In this document: piece by piece, positions 9,079 to 19,205 of the stretch
How positions within the stretch are numbered: position 1 is the stretch's first letter
Layout of the letters: every line of letters begins with the position of its first letter
Virus record (IMG/VR): IMGVR_UViG_3300010970_000150
Coordinates: 24,288 to 88,287 of that record
DNA: 64,000 bases
Direction: 5' to 3' (one strand)
Origin: a virus
Made by a program: the position numbers and the translations under genes
Notes under the pieces: generated by a model
Databases searched by the model: none
The model's input: only the letters and a program-made list of their open reading frames with translations
What the model was told of the DNA's origin: nothing

Positions 9079-10020
9079 ATGCTACACAGCATCCAGACAG
9101 CCGCTGACCTGTCTCTAATCCGTCAGCAATACGAGCGTGAAGTAGAAATGCATCACGCCAACAGCCCGAAGGTTACTTCGGGTTCCAACGCCCACAACTA
9201 TTCCGTTCGCTCTGTGCCGCTCTACACGGCCAGTGGCGTTCCTGCGAATTGCTGGGGCAATCAGCGGTGCGACAATGGTGTCATCATCGGGAAGACTTCC
9301 GATAAGTACGGCATCATTCAGAACGATGTGTTCGAACGCACCATCCGCACTGGCTTCGAACAGAATGGTCTGTCGCCTACTGCGTTCCAGTCCATCGTGA
9401 CTCGCCGTGGTGCTCGCACTCATATGCAGTTCGACTTCGCCACTGAGAAGGCCGACATCACTCGCAAGGGTGATATCGTTGCGTTGCGAATCACCGCTAA
9501 GAACTCGTTTGACGGCACTAGCCGCTCTTCGATTTCTGTCGGTGCTCTGCGACTTGTCTGCACGAATGGTATGACATCCTTCCGTGAGGATATGATGTTC
9601 TCTGTGCGTCACACTTCCAATGTGAACTACGAGTTTGTCAACGATGTCGTGATTCAGGCGATGAGCGAATGGTCTTCGCTTCGCACTGTCTGGCAGAACC
9701 TAGCCAACATCCCGCTCACGCAACAGCAGGGTTGGAACGCTATCGAGAATATGGTGAACCGAGGTTACCTTGGTGCATCTGTTCGCAAGCGTGTCCACGA
9801 TGTGTGGTCTGTTCCTAATTACGATGCCGACAAGGCTCGTAACTTGTGGAACTTGTACAACGCTCACACGCAGGTGCTCACCCACCAGTTCAGCGAGCAG
9901 AAGTACGAGATGACGAACCGCACTTCGTCTCAGGTTCTCCACGCACTGCACCACGCCACCACGAGTCACGATGAGTTCATCAACCTCATCGCCTCTCCTG
10001 ACGAGGTTCGTAGCAACTGA
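9079..10020 (+). CDS. DUF932/DUF945-family phage/plasmid protein
   Basis: NSFDGTS...RLVCTNGM, RHT, NLWNLYNAHTQ motifs. Confidence 0.85.
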   Translation: MLHSIQTAADLSLIRQQYEREVEMHHANSPKVTSGSNAHNYSVRSVPLYTASGVPANCWGNQRCDNGVIIGKTSDKYGIIQNDVFERTIRTGFEQNGLSPTAFQSIVTRRGARTHMQFDFATEKADITRKGDIVALRITAKNSFDGTSRSSISVGALRLVCTNGMTSFREDMMFSVRHTSNVNYEFVNDVVIQAMSEWSSLRTVWQNLANIPLTQQQGWNAIENMVNRGYLGASVRKRVHDVWSVPNYDADKARNLWNLYNAHTQVLTHQFSEQKYEMTNRTSSQVLHALHHATTSHDEFINLIASPDEVRSN

Positions 10021-10067
10021 TAACGCAGGGACTCATCATCGCAAGGTGGTGAGTCCCACCTATCATT

Positions 10068-10268
10068 ATGATTACGATTAACGCAGTGACGCTGACCAAC
10101 GCACAGTTGGAAGCACTAATCAAGTTGGTGAATCGTGGCTGGGTATTGGACTACTCATCCATCGTCAAACTTCCCGCAGAGGAGTGCATTATGATTGCTG
10201 TCTCTGGCCCTAACACTGGTGCGAAGATGTTCTTCGGCATCGAAGCAGACGGATACACGCACTCGTGA
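10068..10268 (+). CDS. Hypothetical protein
   Basis: Compact ORF ending GIEADGYTHS, coupled to next gene. Confidence 0.6.
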   Translation: MITINAVTLTNAQLEALIKLVNRGWVLDYSSIVKLPAEECIMIAVSGPNTGAKMFFGIEADGYTHS

Positions 10269-10717
10269 GCCTCAACTTCGAATTCGCTGAGGGCATTGAC
10301 CGCAAGTTGATTGAGTACACGCAAGCCGATGGTTCGCTCCATTGGCTTCCTCGTGCTCAGTCGTTTGTGTTCTACCAGATGGGATTGCAGTTCGACATCG
10401 ATGGTGAGATGACCGATGCCAAACTTATTGAGTGTGCGAGGCGTATCGCACTGCTCGATATGATGGCTCATCACGCTCACTATTGGGAAGTTGTTGATGG
10501 TGTCACCATTGGTTACCGCCACTCACTCGCTGATGTGGTAACTTACTGGGGACTTACCACCAATGTTTCTCACAAGACGAGAACGCAGTGGGACGCATAC
10601 TTCCAGAAGTGTTGGATTAACGCTAACAACAGGCGTTTCGATTCCGATGTGAAGGAAGTAATCGCTCGATTGTCCAAGCGTGTGCCATTCAGCACACATA
10701 AGAACACCGAGTCGTGA
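10265..10717 (+). CDS. Hypothetical protein
   Basis: GTGA-coupled ORF in early operon. Confidence 0.65.
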   Translation: MSLNFEFAEGIDRKLIEYTQADGSLHWLPRAQSFVFYQMGLQFDIDGEMTDAKLIECARRIALLDMMAHHAHYWEVVDGVTIGYRHSLADVVTYWGLTTNVSHKTRTQWDAYFQKCWINANNRRFDSDVKEVIARLSKRVPFSTHKNTES

Positions 10718-10902
10718 GCGTATTCCCTCGCAAGCCAAGAGCCAAGGCTGGGTACAGATGCTGTGCTATGTGTCGCAAGACTAAGAAGAACGAATCGTTC
10801 CATCTTCTTAGCACTAAGACCAAGTACCTGTCATCATACTGCAAGCCTTGTATGTCCATCTATATGCGTAGCAGGTATCTCTATCATAAGAAGAATGCCT
10901 AA
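10714..10902 (+). CDS. Small zinc-finger protein
   Basis: CAMC...F...SSYCKPC. Confidence 0.5.
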   Translation: MSVFPRKPRAKAGYRCCAMCRKTKKNESFHLLSTKTKYLSSYCKPCMSIYMRSRYLYHKKNA

Positions 10903-11063
10903 CGCAGTAGAGGTCGCAGTAGTTACGCTGTGGCTTATCGCTATGATTCGAATCTCACGCAAGTGAGTTTCAATTAAGGCAAAAATCTTGCGTGCCATCA
11001 GGTTTTACTAAGCACACAAGCAGTGGGTAGCAGAACATCAAACACTCTGCTATCCACTTTCAC

Positions 11064-11096
11064 TTTCTCGACAACAATCATCGGATATAATGAATG
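11064..11096 (+). promoter_or_regulatory. Early promoter, copy 2
   Basis: TTTCTCGACAacaatcATCGGaTATAATGaATGT. Confidence 0.6.
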
Positions 11097-11175
11097 TGTA
11101 CCCGCTACGGCACTGACGCACGAGCGAGTACCCGCACGAACCAACAACAAGTGCGGTGACAGTAACGACACGCAT

Positions 11176-11583
11176 ATGAAACAGAAAACCAAGAAGCAAA
11201 TCGAAACGCTCAACGCTCAGGCGTTCATCACCACCATCAACTCGCTCGCCGCTATCGCGGTGAAGTCGAAGGTGAAGGAGAAGACGAAGGGCGGCAAGGT
11301 GAAGCACATCATCAAGCCCACGCTTGATGAAGCGAAGGCGTGGCTGATGGTGAGCGAGTCACTGCTCGCAAGCGTCATCGCCACTGCGGCCAAAGCGAAA
11401 GCCGATGCGAAGGACGCTGATGAAGGCCACGCATTCAAGGGCGAAGTCGGAGTCACCTGCGGCAAGGTGAAGTCGCTCAGCGTTAACGACAAGAAACTGA
11501 TGGCGATTGCATCGGCTCAGATGAAGCGTGCCGTGAATCTCAAATCATTCGCTCCGCTCTTCGCCGCTCACATTTCCAAGTGA
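11176..11583 (+). CDS. Lys/Ala-rich basic protein
   Basis: CACGCATATG leader, own promoter. Confidence 0.7.
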   Translation: MKQKTKKQIETLNAQAFITTINSLAAIAVKSKVKEKTKGGKVKHIIKPTLDEAKAWLMVSESLLASVIATAAKAKADAKDADEGHAFKGEVGVTCGKVKSLSVNDKKLMAIASAQMKRAVNLKSFAPLFAAHISK

Positions 11584-11996
11584 GTGTTATCGCACTGGCA
11601 TTGCTGCTGATTGTGATGCGTTGCTTAGACAGTAAGTGATGCGTTGATACAGTCACGGCATTGTGAGAAAGAACTCTCGCTCTCCACTCAGGTGGGGGGC
11701 GGGGGTTCTCCTCACTTTTTGTCCACCCTCCTTTACGGATTACAACACACACATTATATTTGCAAAAGACATATAAGTCTGTGTAGGAAGGGGGTTATTA
11801 GGGGGATAGTGGGTTATGTATGTCAAGCGTTATCTGTTAGTTTAGCGTTTTGGGTAGGGGGAAATGTATTTCATAGGGGGGTGAAGTGTATTTCCTAGGG
11901 GGGGTGCTATGGATTTCCTACATATAGAATAGTCTCATAGAATAGTACATCGATACAATAGGGTTGACATAAGCATTCATTGAGTAATCTGAGGGA

Positions 11997-12482
11997 ATGA
12001 ACATCAAAGAAAGCGACCTGATTGCGAAGAATGGCTGGCTGAAGTCCGATTTGAAGGCGGTTCGCCACGATGCCATCGAGTTTGAGGGTATGCGGCTCTG
12101 GTTTCGTGAGGAATCCAAGAAGCCTAAGCATCTCCAGACCATTTGGTGGACTGATGTTGGCGTTATGTATCTGACTGAGTACTTCAGAGTTAAGAAAGAA
12201 ATGGAAACTCCGACTCCTATGGAGGAAAATAGGGTTATGTCCAAGGAAGAGTTTGCTAAATCGGTAAATAACTCTAAGTGGGTAGGCCGTATTGTTAGAA
12301 ATGGCTACAAAAACTTCAACACAGTTATGGTCGAACACGACTCTGGGTTTATGCTTCTAGTTAATTGTCGTAACAATAAAACTCTTCCGAAGAACTCGTA
12401 TGTTGAAGTTGACACCAAGAACAATCGTCACACCATTCGCAAATCCGCATTTAAATCCTATGAAAAAGCCAAGCAAGCCTAA
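11997..12482 (+). CDS. Hypothetical protein, homolog of 58023..58421
   Basis: KExxL...LKxVR...EG...KPxxL...WT pattern shared by both units. Confidence 0.7.
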   Translation: MNIKESDLIAKNGWLKSDLKAVRHDAIEFEGMRLWFREESKKPKHLQTIWWTDVGVMYLTEYFRVKKEMETPTPMEENRVMSKEEFAKSVNNSKWVGRIVRNGYKNFNTVMVEHDSGFMLLVNCRNNKTLPKNSYVEVDTKNNRHTIRKSAFKSYEKAKQA

Positions 12483-12651
12483 CAAGCCTAAGTTTAAACA
12501 GCCCGATGCTATGCACGAGGCTCTTGATATTCCTAAGTACAGCAAGATGGAGGCCGATGATGGCTCTGAAAGCGAAGGTATGAAGCACGAAAAGTCCGAA
12601 TCGAAGAAGAAAGAGTGCAAGGAGTGCAAAAAGAAGCCCTGTAGATGCTAA
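12460..12651 (+). CDS. Small charged protein
   Basis: ORF ending CKECKKKPCRC. Confidence 0.45.
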   Translation: MKKPSKPNKPKFKQPDAMHEALDIPKYSKMEADDGSESEGMKHEKSESKKKECKECKKKPCRC

Positions 12652-12754
12652 ATGAGCCAGATGATGAAGACGAAGAGGAGTCCACAGACCCTCTAGACTT
12701 TATCTGGCTTGAAAAAATTGACCCGATGCGTTGCTTCGCAACGCACAGATAACA

Positions 12755-13297
12755 ATGGCTCAACCTTTTAATCTTCCTCCTTTGCCTCAATGGCGTGGCT
12801 ATACAGCCGCTAACAATGCTGACCCTGCTATGTACTCGATGGATGGTCGTTGGTACAAGGAAGGCCAGACCATCAATAACGGCTATACAATTGGCCCTCG
12901 TGACCCTAAGACTGGTCAACTGAGTCTCCTGTATCAGGGAGGTGCTTTGCCTATCTCTATGGCTGGTTCTTCTCCGTTGCCGATGCCTGAAGTGCCTGAG
13001 TTTAAGAGAGTGTTTACGATGGGAGGAATTCCGTATACCGAGGCAGACCTTGCTAGGATGCAAGAGTTGAACAAAGATGGAGAACTGGATATGGATATTG
13101 AAAGGGCTAAAAAATCGGCAATTAGATACCAAGTAGACCCTACTCTTCAAATGATGTTTGGAAAGTACAACGAAATGCAAAACAAAAGAATGTTCGAAGA
13201 AATGCAAAAAGAAGTGCTTCGTAAAGAACTAGCACAACAAGGGTTTAATCTTGAAAGTTCTGTCATTACTCCAAACGAAGATATTGATTACCAGTAA
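12755..13297 (+). CDS. Hypothetical protein
   Basis: ~180-aa ORF, stop abuts tRNA. Confidence 0.6.
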   Translation: MAQPFNLPPLPQWRGYTAANNADPAMYSMDGRWYKEGQTINNGYTIGPRDPKTGQLSLLYQGGALPISMAGSSPLPMPEVPEFKRVFTMGGIPYTEADLARMQELNKDGELDMDIERAKKSAIRYQVDPTLQMMFGKYNEMQNKRMFEEMQKEVLRKELAQQGFNLESSVITPNEDIDYQ

Positions 13298-13372
13298 GCC
13301 ACAGTAGCACAATGGTTGTGCAACAGTTTTGTAAACTGTAGGTTGTCGGTTCAAGTCCGACCTGCGGCCCCA
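13298..13372 (+). tRNA. tRNA-Thr(UGU), CCA encoded
   Basis: Cloverleaf with loop TTTGTAA, T loop TTCAAGT, one A-C mismatch in acceptor stem. Confidence 0.9.
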
Positions 13373-13376
13373 CTTT

Positions 13377-13757
13377 ATGGAAGAAGAATGGAAGCCAGTA
13401 CCAATTGAGCAATTTAAGGGCTTGTACGAGATTTCAAGCCTAGGGAGGCTCAGGGCTTGCCCTAAGACCACAAGTGACGGCAGAAGGCTTCCTGAGCGGC
13501 TTGTTAAGCCTACTGTAATCAACAGTGGGTATCTTCAGTTCAAGTTGCACAACAATAAGTTTAGGTTTAATGTAAACGCACATAAACTTGTTGCAATTAC
13601 TTTTGGACTTATATACTGGAACGAACATTCCAATTCTAATTTACAAATTAACCACATTGACGGCAATAAGCACAACAATGCGGTTTCTAACCTTGAAGCG
13701 TGTACACCTAGTGAAAACCTTCAACACGCTTGGAGAACTGGACTAAGAAAAAACTAA
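13377..13757 (+). CDS. NUMOD4-HNH homing endonuclease
   Basis: WKPV...GLYEISSLGR and INHIDGNKHNNAVSNLE...EN. Confidence 0.9.
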   Translation: MEEEWKPVPIEQFKGLYEISSLGRLRACPKTTSDGRRLPERLVKPTVINSGYLQFKLHNNKFRFNVNAHKLVAITFGLIYWNEHSNSNLQINHIDGNKHNNAVSNLEACTPSENLQHAWRTGLRKN

Positions 13758-13758
13758 T

Positions 13759-15036
13759 ATGGCTGAACCTATTGACCTTGACGAAATCTTTTCACCTTAT
13801 GCCCTAGGACAATCTAGGGAAAAAATGAAAGGAAGAGACAATTCCTCTGTAATTGATATTGTAAAAGATGCATTTAAAGAAGGCAGAGGGGGCTATTTGC
13901 TTGGAGGAGCAGGTGTGGCTACAGTAGGCGTTGGTGTCAAAAAGGCTTGGGATAAATCTCTTAAATCCAGTTTGGCGATGGTTCAGGATGCGGCTAAGGC
14001 TGAAGCCGAAGCAGTTGCAAAAGCCAAAGATGCTGGATTCAGAGTAAGACCTGTTACCTTGAATAAACCATTGGTTGGCACTATGTCTGGTGCTACTTCT
14101 CAAGGTGTTGGTCTTCCTGTTGCTGAAGCAGAACAACTTGCATTAGCAAAAGATATTACAAGAAGTAAATGGCTTCGTCCGTTTGGCCTTGGTCAATATG
14201 CTGATTCTGCACTGACTCCTAAACTTGAAATCAATCCTAGGGTGCTTAGAATTGCTGGACAGGGTGAACAAACTCTTGGCCTTACCCAAATGACAATGGC
14301 AGATGCTCCAAGGTCGTTTGTTGTTCCAGCCAGCAAGATTCCTGAAATTGTTGAAGGAACTACTAAAGAAAATGTCCCTGCTACATCGCCGTCTGTAGGT
14401 CGCACTATGGCGGCTGATATGCCTGCCCCTAGGTCTGGCCTTCCCTACAACAATTACCAAAGAGGTGCTAGAGCATTGTATAATATGCAGTATGGAAATG
14501 CTGGTATTCCTCTTAACTCTGCTTCAAATATTGGAAAGGCTTTGTTTAAAAGCGGTGCTGGATTACAGGCTATTATGGAAGGTACAACTGCCGCATATGA
14601 TACTTGGCCTGAATTTCTTGGAGGCAGTGGAAATAATGTTTACGGAAGAACTGTTGAAGAACTAAGAAGGGGTGTTAACCCTGAACTAGACCCATTTGCT
14701 TATAATGTAGTTGCTCCTTTTGGTGGAGGTCTTGCCACTACAAAGCGTTGGGGATATGGTGCGGCTAATGCGGCACTTGCTGGAGCACCAATGATGTACA
14801 ACATCATTCAGGAAAACAGAGAAATGGATGCAAAAACTCAAGCAAGCCTTGAAAAAGCATTTGCTGAAAAGCCAGAACAATTTAATCCAGACGAACTTGA
14901 AAGACAAAGACTTAGAAGAATTGAACTGGGCGTTGCTACTTCTAGTGATGAATTTAGATTAAATACACCAGAAGCACATCAAGCATATAAAGCAAAAGTA
15001 AAAGAACTTGAAGAAAAGAAAAAGTCTAAGAAGTGA
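13759..15036 (+). CDS. Hypothetical Ala/Gly-rich protein
   Basis: 425-aa ORF coupled to terL. Confidence 0.7.
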   Translation: MAEPIDLDEIFSPYALGQSREKMKGRDNSSVIDIVKDAFKEGRGGYLLGGAGVATVGVGVKKAWDKSLKSSLAMVQDAAKAEAEAVAKAKDAGFRVRPVTLNKPLVGTMSGATSQGVGLPVAEAEQLALAKDITRSKWLRPFGLGQYADSALTPKLEINPRVLRIAGQGEQTLGLTQMTMADAPRSFVVPASKIPEIVEGTTKENVPATSPSVGRTMAADMPAPRSGLPYNNYQRGARALYNMQYGNAGIPLNSASNIGKALFKSGAGLQAIMEGTTAAYDTWPEFLGGSGNNVYGRTVEELRRGVNPELDPFAYNVVAPFGGGLATTKRWGYGAANAALAGAPMMYNIIQENREMDAKTQASLEKAFAEKPEQFNPDELERQRLRRIELGVATSSDEFRLNTPEAHQAYKAKVKELEEKKKSKK

Positions 15037-16640
15037 TTGATTCTGAATTCAAGCCAACGCCTCATCCAGTCATCAAGATGCCAGACATCAAGATGTTGGT
15101 TGAGCGTTTTGGTATTGAAAAAACAGCCCAAATTCTTGAACTAAGAGAAGACAAAATTCTTGCAGAGCAGGTAGACCCTTATCGTCACGGATTTGAGCCT
15201 GACCACTGGAAAGACGCTGACAAAATTATCAAAGATAAACAGGAACTGCTTGTTCTTGGTGGAAATCGTGCTGGCAAGACTGAATGGATGGCTAAAAGAG
15301 TCATTCAAACGCTTATCAACAAGGAAAAGTCAATGGTTTGGTGTCTACATACGACTCAAAAATCCAGCATTCAGATGCAACAGAATGTTGTCTGGAAGTA
15401 TATGCCTCCAGAATTAAAAAATTGCAAAAAGACCAAGGTAACAAACATCGCATACAGCCAAAAAAACGGATTTTCTGAAGAATCTTTCATTCTTCCCAAT
15501 GGTTCTCAGTGCGTGTTTATGAATTATGCTCAGAAACGAGATGTCATTGAAGGTGGCGAGTGTGATTTGGTATGGTGCGATGAACTTGTGCCTATGGATT
15601 GGGTCGAAACCCTCCGCTATCGACTGGTTACACGAAGAGGAAAACTGGTAATCACTTTTACGCCTGTTGCTGGGTACTCACAAGTCGTTAAGGAATTTGT
15701 GTCTGGTTCTAAATTTACAAAAACGCTTCCTGCTACTGTCCTAGACCAGAATGTTGTTCATTGTAATGGTGCTCCAAGAGGGCATATGCCATATACTGCT
15801 GAAAGCCATCGTGGAAATGCTGGGGTTATGTGGTTTCACTCTCAACTTAACCCCTATAACCCATTTGATGAACTGATTAAGACTTTGCAAGGTAAAAACC
15901 TGTATGAGAAGAAAATCAGAGCCTATGGATGGGCAGATAATACTGTAGGCAACCAATTTCCAAGATTTGGAGAGCATAACATCATCAAAGATAGCGATGT
16001 ACCCTCTGAAGGGACTAACTATATGGTAACCGACCCTGCTGGAGCCAGAAACTGGTTTATGCTATGGATGCGGGTCGGAACTGATGGTAATTATTACATT
16101 TACAGGGAGTTCCCAGACATCAGTTATGGCGAATGGGCCTTGCCGTGTGAGAAACCAGATGGCAAGGAAGGTATGGCTCAGCGTAATGGTGCTGGTATGG
16201 GTATTGACGATTACAAGCGTCTTATCCGTTCCCTAGAGGGGTCAGAGGAGATATTGGAAAGGTATATCGACCCTCGTGCAGGTGCAACACAGGCGGTTGG
16301 TCGTGACGGAGGAACATCAGTCATTGAACTACTAGACTCAGGCGATGACCCAATGTATTTTGCACCTGCGGCTGGTGTGGCTATCGAACAAGGGGTTGCT
16401 ATGATTAATGACCTCCTTGCATATGACATCTGTCAACCGATATCTCCGCTCAACCAGCCAAAACTTTTCGTAACAGACAGTTGCAAGAACCTTATATACT
16501 CACTCAAGGAGTGGACTAACGCAGACGGAGATAAAGGGGCTTCAAAAGACCCTGTTGACTGTTTGCGGTATTTAGTTGTTATGTCTCCTATTCATATTGA
16601 CCATTCTAAGAATCCAGTGAATCAACCCTTTTCATACTAA
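15033..16640 (+). CDS. terL: Terminase large subunit
   Basis: Walker A GGNRAGKT, Walker B WCDE, TFTP coupling motif, nuclease DP and KDPVDCLRY. Confidence 0.92.
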   Translation: MIDSEFKPTPHPVIKMPDIKMLVERFGIEKTAQILELREDKILAEQVDPYRHGFEPDHWKDADKIIKDKQELLVLGGNRAGKTEWMAKRVIQTLINKEKSMVWCLHTTQKSSIQMQQNVVWKYMPPELKNCKKTKVTNIAYSQKNGFSEESFILPNGSQCVFMNYAQKRDVIEGGECDLVWCDELVPMDWVETLRYRLVTRRGKLVITFTPVAGYSQVVKEFVSGSKFTKTLPATVLDQNVVHCNGAPRGHMPYTAESHRGNAGVMWFHSQLNPYNPFDELIKTLQGKNLYEKKIRAYGWADNTVGNQFPRFGEHNIIKDSDVPSEGTNYMVTDPAGARNWFMLWMRVGTDGNYYIYREFPDISYGEWALPCEKPDGKEGMAQRNGAGMGIDDYKRLIRSLEGSEEILERYIDPRAGATQAVGRDGGTSVIELLDSGDDPMYFAPAAGVAIEQGVAMINDLLAYDICQPISPLNQPKLFVTDSCKNLIYSLKEWTNADGDKGASKDPVDCLRYLVVMSPIHIDHSKNPVNQPFSY

Positions 16641-18859
16641 TGCAATCTACTAATTATAACGATGAAACAGCAGACCAACTGCTTTATGCGTCCAAAGAGC
16701 CAAATATTCAGGCTCTTCACGCTGAGTTGGCTCGTTCTTACCTTTTTGGTGCTAATGTCACAGAACTCAATCTGAATGATGACCTTAGATTTTGCAGATG
16801 GAATGGTCAGACTTCTGACGGCAAAAAATTTAGCAAAAACCGAGACGAAGATGACCCCGCTTTGCCTTGGGAAGGCTCTTCTGATGTAAGAGTCAGACTT
16901 ATTGATAGAGTCATTAACGAACAGGTTTCCCTGTGGATGAACTCTCTTAAGAATGCAAAACTTGGCGTTACAGGAAGAACTTCTGAAGACGCTCAGTCTG
17001 CTGGTGCTATGTCAACGCTTCTTGAGTATGTTGGTGCTGGAAGAAATAAGCAGGAAATGAGAAGAGAAGCCGAACTGCTTGCTCAGTACACAAATCAGTA
17101 TGGTTGGTCTGTTATGCATATTGGGTGGGAACAGGAAATTGGTATGCGTGAGCAAAAGTTTACCATCACGGATTTGGTCAATATGGCCCAACAAGCCGCA
17201 GTTAATAATCCGCAGTCTCCGTTGGCTTCTCTTCCGTCTATGGTGATGAACAAGGAGCAGGAAGAACTTGCCGTTGCTGTTGCTCAGTCAGCCCTGCCTA
17301 CTTACGAAGAAAAGGAAATTAGACGGATGGTTAAAGAACTTAGGGAAGAAGGTTTTACCAGCATTTTTGAGGAAGCGATTATGAAGAACCTTCCTATTGT
17401 TACGGCCCTTAAGCCGTATGATGAGATTACATTCCCTCCTGAAACAATTGACCTTCAGAAAGCCAGAATTATTTTCAGAAGAGTCTATATGACCGAAGTA
17501 GAGGTTCGTGCAATGATTAACACGGACGGATGGAGTGAAGAAGGAATTGAAGAGGCTGTTAAGACAAAGGGACAGTTCTTCTGGTATCGTGACCCTAACA
17601 TTGTTCCTATTAATAGACTTAATCAGGATTATCGTCTTAGAACAAACAACCTTATTGAAGTCTGTTACGCATACTACAAGCAGTTGAATGAGAACGGAAA
17701 TCCCTGTGTTTATTACACAATTTTTTCTCCTAACGCTGGAACAGAAGTTTGCCTTAAGCACGACAAACTTGGTTATGCTCACGGAAAGTATCCTTTTGTA
17801 GTTCTTCGCAGAGAACACATCAGAAAAGCAGTTTATGAAAGCAGAGGAATCACTGACATTCTCCAAACCGACCAGTCTGAACTTAAGGCTCAGCAGGACT
17901 CCCTTAGAGATAGAACCGCTATCGAAACAGTCCCTCCTATTATGGTTAAGCGTAGGGGTGTTGGTGGTATCGGCAGAATTGGCCCAGCGATGCAAATCCC
18001 TGTCACTGGCCCTGATGACTTTAAGTTTATGGAGCCACCCAAGGGTACTCCTACTATTGCGGAGTTTGTAATTGCTAATGTTGAAAAGAGCACGGCTACA
18101 TACTTTGGGCTTAACCACCTAGAGACACCGCCTCCTTTGGCTCAGATGCTTCAGCAATCTTCCGTTGATAACTGGCTTACTGCTTGGTCTGAAATCTATA
18201 CCCAGATGCTTCAACTTTGCCTCCAGTATATGGATAGTGAAGAATTGGCTCGTATTGCTGGCGTAGATATCCCAAAAGGCATTGATGATATTGCCAAACA
18301 ATACGACTTCGAAGTACGCTTTGACATCAGAAATCTCTATAGCGACCTTGTTATGGAGAAACTTCAGGCGATTAGTCAGTTCGTTATTCCGCTTGATTCT
18401 GCTGGTGTTATTGACCGCTCCAAGTTGGTTCAAAAGGCAGTTGAAGCAATTAGTCCTGATGCCGCTAAAGAACTTGTTATCAATCAGCAGTCTGCTTCTC
18501 AAAAGATGTATCGTGATGTTCAGACGGATATTGGAATGATGATGCTTGGTAATGAAGCCAACTATGTGGAAAATGACCCCACGGCTCAGACCAAGATGCA
18601 GTACCTTCAGGACATTATGCAGAAGAATCCTAAGGCTCAACAGGCGGCTCAGTCTGACCAAATCTTCCAGATGCTTATCCAGAACTACCAGAAGAATCTT
18701 CAGATGTCTGTGATGCAACAGCAGAACAAGCAGATTGGAAGAATTGGCGTGTCTCCTATGGCTGACAAGATGCAGGAAATGGTTCAGCAGTCTCAGGTTA
18801 ACCTTAATAACGCCAAAACCCAGCAGATTAACCAAGGTCAGCAGGGAGGCGGTTACTAA
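16640..18859 (+). CDS. Portal protein
   Basis: 739 aa directly after terL, YPFV motif, Gln-rich C-terminal barrel. Confidence 0.85.
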   Translation: MQSTNYNDETADQLLYASKEPNIQALHAELARSYLFGANVTELNLNDDLRFCRWNGQTSDGKKFSKNRDEDDPALPWEGSSDVRVRLIDRVINEQVSLWMNSLKNAKLGVTGRTSEDAQSAGAMSTLLEYVGAGRNKQEMRREAELLAQYTNQYGWSVMHIGWEQEIGMREQKFTITDLVNMAQQAAVNNPQSPLASLPSMVMNKEQEELAVAVAQSALPTYEEKEIRRMVKELREEGFTSIFEEAIMKNLPIVTALKPYDEITFPPETIDLQKARIIFRRVYMTEVEVRAMINTDGWSEEGIEEAVKTKGQFFWYRDPNIVPINRLNQDYRLRTNNLIEVCYAYYKQLNENGNPCVYYTIFSPNAGTEVCLKHDKLGYAHGKYPFVVLRREHIRKAVYESRGITDILQTDQSELKAQQDSLRDRTAIETVPPIMVKRRGVGGIGRIGPAMQIPVTGPDDFKFMEPPKGTPTIAEFVIANVEKSTATYFGLNHLETPPPLAQMLQQSSVDNWLTAWSEIYTQMLQLCLQYMDSEELARIAGVDIPKGIDDIAKQYDFEVRFDIRNLYSDLVMEKLQAISQFVIPLDSAGVIDRSKLVQKAVEAISPDAAKELVINQQSASQKMYRDVQTDIGMMMLGNEANYVENDPTAQTKMQYLQDIMQKNPKAQQAAQSDQIFQMLIQNYQKNLQMSVMQQQNKQIGRIGVSPMADKMQEMVQQSQVNLNNAKTQQINQGQQGGGY

Positions 18860-19104
18860 TGAAAGATTCTGAATACAGGGTTTCTGTTTTTGGTTTTACG
18901 CAACCAAATGAACTCTGGGAGCATATTTTGTATATTATTGACATAAACGCAGAAGCAGAATCATCGGTTGCTACTGGGGTTGATGTTTCTGGTGAACAGC
19001 GTATCCACGCTTGCGGAAGAGCACAGGCTTGGAAAGACATCAAAACCCTTCTTCTTGAAGAGCGTAAAAAAGGGCTTGATGCTAACGGAATAAATAATTC
19101 GTAA
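18859..19104 (+). CDS. Small conserved post-portal protein; homolog of 62600..62872
   Basis: LW...ID...ESE/ESS...GE.R...GRA shared. Confidence 0.7.
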   Translation: MKDSEYRVSVFGFTQPNELWEHILYIIDINAEAESSVATGVDVSGEQRIHACGRAQAWKDIKTLLLEERKKGLDANGINNS

Positions 19105-19205
19105 ATTTATTTGACAGTTGTAAAAAGAGTGTCAAATTAACCCCAACAGTTTCTGGGAGTCTGCAAAAACCCTGCCCTAAAAATAGGCACTTTAGACCTT
19201 ATCTA

